Part shown: positions 58,303 to 64,000 of the stretch, piece by piece | Position numbering within the stretch: position 1 is the first letter of the stretch | Layout of the letters: the number at the start of each line of letters is the position of its first letter | Virus genome (UHGV): UHGV-1366919 | Reading direction: 5' to 3' (one strand) | Source: a virus | DNA: 64,000 nucleotides | The notes under the pieces: model-generated | Seen by the model: the letters and a program-made list of their open reading frames with translations, nothing else | What the model was told of the DNA's origin: nothing | The model's database searches: none | Program-made: the position numbers and the translations under genes

Positions 58303-59253
58303 TTAGTTAAGATCAGCGGTTTGTCCATTCAAATAAGCTTCAAGCTCATTCAAGTCAACTTCAGTTGGTTCAGTTGGTTCAGTCGATTCAGAAGAACTAA
58401 TTGTCTCAGTCTTGACTGGTTCTTCTCGAGTAAAAGAAGGAATCGGATCCATGCCAACAACAGAAGTAGGAGCAGAAATAGGAGCTACTTTAGCCGTAGT
58501 ATCTGGATTAGCCCCCAAGAAAGTTGTCATAAACAACTTCTCAAGTTCAGAAACTTCCATATTTCGTTCAATAGCAGTCAAATCATGTGCTTGCTGAAGA
58601 ATCGTATCAATATCAGCCTCACTCAAACCAAGATCACGCTTACGACGAACAAAAGTGGAAGATTTATAAGAAGTAAAATCACCTTGAGGTTCAGCATTAA
58701 TATTAAGATTAATACCATCGGCAGAAAGGTCAAAAATTGCCTTCCTCATATCCTCAACATCAAATTCTTCAACAAATTTTTCCTTCTTCTTAGGATCATC
58801 AGAACAAGCTTCTTCAATAATGTTCTGAAGTTGACGTCCGGCTTGAAGAATCTTAACCTTACCATTATTTTCAGGATTTACTGGATCATTTACAACATAA
58901 ACATTATAATACCAGGATTCCTTATAGTTAAGGCGCTTATCAACATCCTTAAACAAGGCTTCATTACCAGAATTCTTTACCTTAAAATAATATTCAGTAA
59001 TAGGGCAAGCTTCGCCATAGGTGCGAGGAGAAAGAACATAAGTCCAGCGACCATCCTTAATAGACCTCCAAGAATACTGGAAAAAATGGAAAATAGACTT
59101 ATGATAGCCAGCACGTCCTTCCTTTACATAAGGAAGAAGACGAACAAGATATTCATTACCAGCTTTAAAAGAAAGCTTTTCAGTATAAAGGCCTTTTTTA
59201 GTATTAGAAGCAAAAAGTTCAGCCGAGGATTGGAAAAAATCATTTAGATTCAT
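58303..59253 (-). CDS. single-stranded DNA-binding protein (T4 gp32-like)
   Basis: GNEYLVRLLPY resembles gp32 GNGQAVIRFLP. The downstream H.F...G.W.Y...P...G.ACP pattern fits the Zn-binding region. The C-terminal tail is acidic. Confidence 0.6.
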   Translation of the reverse strand: MNLNDFFQSSAELFASNTKKGLYTEKLSFKAGNEYLVRLLPYVKEGRAGYHKSIFHFFQYSWRSIKDGRWTYVLSPRTYGEACPITEYYFKVKNSGNEALFKDVDKRLNYKESWYYNVYVVNDPVNPENNGKVKILQAGRQLQNIIEEACSDDPKKKEKFVEEFDVEDMRKAIFDLSADGINLNINAEPQGDFTSYKSSTFVRRKRDLGLSEADIDTILQQAHDLTAIERNMEVSELEKLFMTTFLGANPDTTAKVAPISAPTSVVGMDPIPSFTREEPVKTETISSSESTEPTEPTEVDLNELEAYLNGQTADLN

Positions 59254-59273
59254 AGATTTATTTTTTTTTTAAT

Positions 59274-59906
59274 TTAATTTTGTTTAATTTCGTTTAATTT
59301 ATTGCCAATATTTTTTAATCTTTTCGAATAATTGTATTGTCTTTGTGTTTCGAAGAACTTCTTTTTGAAATCCTCCAAGTATATATTTAATATCTCATCT
59401 TCATATAAGTCACTTAATTTCAAGTGAAAAGCATGTAAATGATATAATGAAATATATTGCTTCTTCAAATGAATCAGATATTGAAAAATACCTTTATCAT
59501 TTGTTATTTTCGGATAATCATGTAACTTAATTTTATTTTCTCGGACAAAATTAATAATAAACTTTAATCCTTCAATAAAATCATTTACCGATTCATCTGA
59601 ATCTATAAAAGTATTATACCGTTCTTTTATGAACTTTGAATAACTTTTAACCGCAATATAAGTATGAAAAAATCCTAAGTGAAGGTAGGTGTTCGTCAAA
59701 TTTGCAAAACCTGATTTAAAGAACAAATCCTCATTAATCTCTGGATTTCGTTGAAAGAAAAGATCTAACTTGACTAAATCAGTTTTTATATCATCAGAAA
59801 TATTAGAAAAGTCCTTCCGCTTATTATATGGTCTATTTTGACTTAGAGCTAAATGTTTAAGATATAAATTATAAATCTTTTGTTGATTTTCAGTTAATTC
59901 TTCCAT
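59274..59906 (-). CDS. hypothetical protein
   Basis: 210-aa ORF. Confidence 0.5.
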   Translation of the reverse strand: MEELTENQQKIYNLYLKHLALSQNRPYNKRKDFSNISDDIKTDLVKLDLFFQRNPEINEDLFFKSGFANLTNTYLHLGFFHTYIAVKSYSKFIKERYNTFIDSDESVNDFIEGLKFIINFVRENKIKLHDYPKITNDKGIFQYLIHLKKQYISLYHLHAFHLKLSDLYEDEILNIYLEDFKKKFFETQRQYNYSKRLKNIGNKLNEIKQN

Positions 59907-60168
59907 TCAAATATTGAAGTATCAATTTAGATTTTACTAAACTTGGATCAATTTCTAAAAGATATTTGCAAATCTCTATATCAGAGTCAAGTCCGGTAAT
60001 TTCCTTTGCTATATGATTAAATCGCTTGTCAGTTAAAACTAAAATAAAAACATTTTGAAAATTAATTTTCTTTCCGCTCATTAAAGTCAATAATGTAGCC
60101 AACTGATAAAGAGAATTAATTATTTCACTATCCTCTAAAGATAAAAGATCTGCATCATCTAAGCTCAT
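59890..60168 (-). CDS. hypothetical protein
   Basis: 92-aa ORF. Confidence 0.4.
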   Translation of the reverse strand: MSLDDADLLSLEDSEIINSLYQLATLLTLMSGKKINFQNVFILVLTDKRFNHIAKEITGLDSDIEICKYLLEIDPSLVKSKLILQYLNGRIN

Positions 60169-60173
60169 TTGTT

Positions 60174-61511
60174 TTAGTTATTATCTGAAACTAAAAATGC
60201 CGATAAAGAATCTTCTACAGTTTCTTCTAAAGTAGATTTATATGTTCCTTCTTGCTCCAAATCTTCAATTTTTAAAGTATCGTATGCTATTTTCATTACT
60301 ATACTAAAATCTACAGGACCATATCTATTCTTGGCAAAACCTAATCTGATAAAATTCATTACCGAATCTTCTTCATTCTTAAAAATTTCCCAAATAACAT
60401 CTGCAGTCGCAGAAACACCTGTTGATTCAGAAATAGAGTTCAATCCACTCATTTTTTTACCATCTGCGCTGCGATTTTGCTGGGTCAATGACACTACTGG
60501 CGCCGATAACCAATAACTTAACGCTCTTGTATGTTCAGCAATTCCTTTAAGTTTTTCATATAGATTATTGCCAGGTCCATCAAAAAGATTAATATAATCG
60601 ATACAAAGTGCATCAATTTTTATTCCTTTTTCTACTATATGCTTTTTAATCCATCCCTTTAATTCAGGAACAGTAATAGTTGACGGTGGAAATTCTTTAA
60701 TAATAATCTTTCCTGGCTTATTCTTCATCTTTTCCTTCACTTCATCTGTTCTCAAATGCAGCTCAGCAAATGGAATTGCTGTTTGTTGAGAACAAAAGCG
60801 AGAAGCGTAAGCTAATTCTGACATTTCAAGAGTAATGAGGAGAACTGTCTTTCCCTGATTGGCAATATTACATGCAATATTTCCTAAAAATAATGATTTA
60901 CCCTTATTCGGAGGAGCCATAAACAAATATAAAGCTTTTCCATCTTCATAAAAGCCTCCATCAATATACTTGTCCAAAGATTTAAATCCGGTAGAAATAG
61001 TTCTCTTCTTTTCCTTTAATGCAGTAAGGATATTACCAATATCTTCATATAAATCTAACCCTTTTTCATTATCAAGGGTAATATTGCAAACCTGTTCAAA
61101 CTTTTCAAGAACTTTAGAAGAATTAATTTCTCCTTTTTCCAATTCTCCGGCAACAGAGATCATAGTTTGAATAATTCCGCGTTCCTTAATGAATCTTTCT
61201 GCAGATTTCAGGAATAAATCTTTATCCATTCCTTCATAGTCAATATGTTCAATCTCATTAAAGACAGAATCTATTGCATGTTTATATTCTTTCTTGTTCA
61301 AGAAGAGAATAAGCTCATCTTTCGTCGGTAATTTTTCTCTTTTTTCAAAGAAAAACTTATAAAAATTAACAACTAAAGCATAATTCTCATTTTTAAAAAA
61401 TAATTTTGGATTTGTTAAGAACCTTCCCAAAGTTGATAAGACCATTACATCAGAAACAATACCCTTAACAAGAAAAGGTTCAAAATCGTCTAAATCAAAC
61501 TTTTCAAACAT
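60174..61511 (-). CDS. replicative DNA helicase (DnaB / gp41 family)
   Basis: Walker A is APPNKGKSLF. The DnaB signature LITLEMS is present, followed by Q.NR... Confidence 0.8.
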   Translation of the reverse strand: MFEKFDLDDFEPFLVKGIVSDVMVLSTLGRFLTNPKLFFKNENYALVVNFYKFFFEKREKLPTKDELILFLNKKEYKHAIDSVFNEIEHIDYEGMDKDLFLKSAERFIKERGIIQTMISVAGELEKGEINSSKVLEKFEQVCNITLDNEKGLDLYEDIGNILTALKEKKRTISTGFKSLDKYIDGGFYEDGKALYLFMAPPNKGKSLFLGNIACNIANQGKTVLLITLEMSELAYASRFCSQQTAIPFAELHLRTDEVKEKMKNKPGKIIIKEFPPSTITVPELKGWIKKHIVEKGIKIDALCIDYINLFDGPGNNLYEKLKGIAEHTRALSYWLSAPVVSLTQQNRSADGKKMSGLNSISESTGVSATADVIWEIFKNEEDSVMNFIRLGFAKNRYGPVDFSIVMKIAYDTLKIEDLEQEGTYKSTLEETVEDSLSAFLVSDNN

Positions 61512-61587
61512 TGTTATTCCATTTTATTTTAGTCCTGAAAAAAGATAAGTGCACCTATAGGTGCTCAATACTCAATAAATACCATAA

Positions 61588-64000
61588 ATGATTAAGATAG
61601 ATACTTATCGAGATTTAATGACCCGTCCAATTTTGGAGGCATTAATTGAAAAAAGAAAAACAAAAAGCGATGAAACTGAGCAGCGTCCAGTAGTTAATAC
61701 TCGAACTAAGCTGGAAAATCGCGGAAAAGGCGAAGAAAGCTCTTATGTATTTGATTTACCCGAAAAATCAACCTTTAGAAATACTGCCGGAAGAGGATTG
61801 CTTGAATTAGCTGCAGATGAGCAGGATGTTCAATATATGATTGCTCAAATTACTCTTTCTAACTTAGGCCTTATTCCTAAAGTTTATCGCTCCAGGAGAA
61901 TTAACGTTAATCCATCTAATGTTTCCAAGATTAATAAGATTAAAACTCTCCTTACTCAATTATTTTCTCATACCGTTTTAGATGATGATGCTCCTGCCGG
62001 GGTCCTTAAGACACTTTTGGCCAATCCTAAAATGGAAATTGACAATAAAGTTGGCTTTAATACTTTTGATTTGCTTAATCGAGTTAAAAGTTGGGACCAG
62101 GTTCTTGACAATTTAAAGAAAAATGTAGCCCGTAGCATTGCAGGTTTATCGGGAAGAGCAGAAAAAACCCATAAAATCTCTCAAGACTTCCATGATCGTA
62201 TTGGTAAAGCTGATTGGAGTGATACTGTAGATGCCCCCAAAACTGTTGCTGATGTAGCTAAAAATATTTTTGGTGAATCTGTTGATGAAATTCCTGAAAC
62301 ATTGACTCAAGAGGAAAAAGAAAAGATGTTTGTTAATGCTTACTCTATTCTTAAACCTCTTTATGAAGCTGCTTCCAAATCCGGATTAAGTCCTGCCGGC
62401 TATCTTAAATTCCAGCAAAACCTCGACCGAGTTGCCGGGGCACTTAAAACTAATGAAATCAGCAAATATATCAATGAAATTGAGGCAAAGCGTCAACCAA
62501 GAACAGTTGAGGACTATAAAGATGTCTTAATTGAAGCATTAGCACGAGCCGTTAAGGGCGATGATTCCAAAATGCAGGTTAGTAATCTTATTTCCAAGCA
62601 AGCTACTACCGCTTTACGCTGGTTAACCCGGCATTTAACCAAACTTGGCTATACTGGCGGTTTAAAGATTGCTAATGTTCTCGATTATATTAAAAACGGG
62701 GATGATGAATACGCCAATGATGCCCGTTATTATCTGGAAAACATCTATAATATTACTCCGGATCAATTAACTGTACAAAATTTCCCTTCTTTTAAAAAGT
62801 TTGTTAATACTTTATATCAAAACTTTGAAAAGGTAATGGGTTCTTATAAAGCTCTTAAAGATCGTCCGAAAGCATCTCAACGCCTTAATCTTAAAAATCC
62901 TGATAAGCCAATGGTTACTAACCGAAAAGGTGGTATTGGCCAATCTATTCCGGCTATTAAAAAATCTATCGAAGCTTCAGAAAAACTTCTGGCTAATTTT
63001 GATGAAAAAAATGAGCGGTTACAGAAGGCTATTGAATTCGATAAAGAATGGAAAGCTGGTAAAGCTAAGATGTATGTAGCCGTTACTGCCGGTACCCTTG
63101 GCTTGGGCGGTCGAACTGATACTTCTCCTGTAATTGAATTTGGCGAAGTAACTCGGCCAGAACTTAACAAGATGACCGCCGATAACCTTGCTAATGGTTA
63201 TATTGATCTTGTTACTCCAAAATATAAAGAAGCATATAAAAATCTTCTTGAATCTGATCCTGAATTACCTAAAAAGATTAGGAATCACATTATTAAGCAG
63301 AAGAATGTTGCTCCTAGCAAAGTTGCTAACCAACTTCGATTTGACCTTGGCAAAACTTTGAATAAAGACGGCTCTTCTAACCGTCAATGGTATATTGATC
63401 GAATCAATAAGTTTAAAGAACAACTTGCCGCTGTTTCTGGAGAAAAAGTTGAAAAAGAAACTGTCGAACGTAAGAAGCTTTCCGATTTCTCCGATGAAGG
63501 AGTTGAGGGTGATATTGATATGCCTTATACAATCTTTAAAGTTGATGAAACAGCTCCTCGCCTTATTAGCCCAATTATTGTTGCCCTCAAGAAAACACTT
63601 GAAAAATATAATGCAACAGTTGACTGGTCTACTAACTTTGAAGATGAAGAAGGATATATTACTATCTATTATCCGGAAAATGGCAAGTTCTTTAATGCTA
63701 AAGATCCTAAAAAGCTTGTCGAAGACCTTCGTAAATCTATTCAAACCATGGCAGCTCGCCTTGGATATGATTATGTAGATATTACAACTTATTCTTATGA
63801 ATTTGCTAAAGACCAATATGATTCTTCCGGATTTGTAATACCTCAAGATGATGAAGATTCCGAAGAAGATATTGAAATAAACAATGATAGTGAATCAGCT
63901 GAAATAGAATCTGAATTTGAAAGTGAAGATGAAGAAGAAACTGATGATCCTCTTGTATCGATGGCGCTTGATGCAATCGAACATAAAAAAGATGATTGCG
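61588..64000 (+). CDS. large hypothetical protein, 3'-partial (over 800 aa, runs off the window end). It is absent from the supplied ORF track because it has no stop codon.
   Basis: The ATG at 61588 opens frame 1, and the frame stays open through nt 64000 on manual translation. The C-terminal region is acidic. The antisense ORFs at 62877..63170 and 63265..63846 are low-complexity garbage. Confidence 0.6.
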   Translation, partial: MIKIDTYRDLMTRPILEALIEKRKTKSDETEQRPVVNTRTKLENRGKGEESSYVFDLPEKSTFRNTAGRGLLELAADEQDVQYMIAQITLSNLGLIPKVYRSRRINVNPSNVSKINKIKTLLTQLFSHTVLDDDAPAGVLKTLLANPKMEIDNKVGFNTFDLLNRVKSWDQVLDNLKKNVARSIAGLSGRAEKTHKISQDFHDRIGKADWSDTVDAPKTVADVAKNIFGESVDEIPETLTQEEKEKMFVNAYSILKPLYEAASKSGLSPAGYLKFQQNLDRVAGALKTNEISKYINEIEAKRQPRTVEDYKDVLIEALARAVKGDDSKMQVSNLISKQATTALRWLTRHLTKLGYTGGLKIANVLDYIKNGDDEYANDARYYLENIYNITPDQLTVQNFPSFKKFVNTLYQNFEKVMGSYKALKDRPKASQRLNLKNPDKPMVTNRKGGIGQSIPAIKKSIEASEKLLANFDEKNERLQKAIEFDKEWKAGKAKMYVAVTAGTLGLGGRTDTSPVIEFGEVTRPELNKMTADNLANGYIDLVTPKYKEAYKNLLESDPELPKKIRNHIIKQKNVAPSKVANQLRFDLGKTLNKDGSSNRQWYIDRINKFKEQLAAVSGEKVEKETVERKKLSDFSDEGVEGDIDMPYTIFKVDETAPRLISPIIVALKKTLEKYNATVDWSTNFEDEEGYITIYYPENGKFFNAKDPKKLVEDLRKSIQTMAARLGYDYVDITTYSYEFAKDQYDSSGFVIPQDDEDSEEDIEINNDSESAEIESEFESEDEEETDDPLVSMALDAIEHKKDDC

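Noticed and set aside
58321-59247. 308-aa plus-strand ORF fully antisense to the gp32-like SSB gene
   Set aside because: Its translation is low-complexity R/S/F/I-rich nonsense. The minus-strand frame carries recognisable SSB motifs and an acidic tail.
63265-63846. 193-aa minus-strand ORF and the 127-aa plus-strand ORF at 63395..63778
   Set aside because: Both lie inside the long open plus-strand frame starting at 61588 (frame 1). Their compositions are low-complexity and implausible.
1-64000. CRISPR arrays, tRNA genes, integrase or attachment sites
   Set aside because: No regularly spaced direct repeats, no tRNA-like cloverleaf candidates in the intergenic regions examined (1995..2153, 53883..54165, 48985..49337), and no recombinase-like ORF.

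Overview
This window reads as one contiguous piece of an AT-rich, densely coded tailed-phage genome (contractile-tail myovirus type). There are no rRNA or tRNA genes and no CRISPR array. The order of recognisable modules is as follows. (1) Left end: a partial Amidase_3 endolysin, then a terminase large subunit (TerL) on the minus strand. TerL is interrupted at its Walker-A P-loop by a mini-intein and is currently read as two out-of-frame ORFs. Directly upstream of TerL is a degenerate, intein-free paralog of the TerL ATPase domain. (2) A divergent block with a 520-aa hyper-acidic protein and a small NPPY DNA methyltransferase. (3) A tail sheath gene (948 aa) and a tail tube gene, both on the minus strand, separated by a plus-strand island. 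The island carries one of three paralogous Zn-ribbon/PD-(D/E)xK (Vsr-like) homing-endonuclease-like genes, and that copy is flanked by 29-bp direct repeats. (4) A roughly 29-kb plus-strand tail and baseplate block: a tape-measure protein, a gp25-like wedge protein, a gp6/J-like protein, PKD-domain and NHL-repeat giants, and tail fibres. An RFC-like clamp-loader gene is inserted in this block. (5) A minus-strand tail fibre with a Collar-domain LPDLRxRF motif. A 41-bp perfect inverted copy of a fragment of its 3' end lies about 620 bp away. (6) A T4-like replication module on the minus strand: primase, RNase H/FEN, a candidate sliding clamp, a gp32-like SSB and a DnaB-like helicase. After it comes a long plus-strand ORF that runs off the window end. 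Start codons are preceded by A/T-rich TAAATA-type motifs rather than Shine-Dalgarno sequences. Convergent gene pairs are separated by a family of near-identical palindromic terminators.
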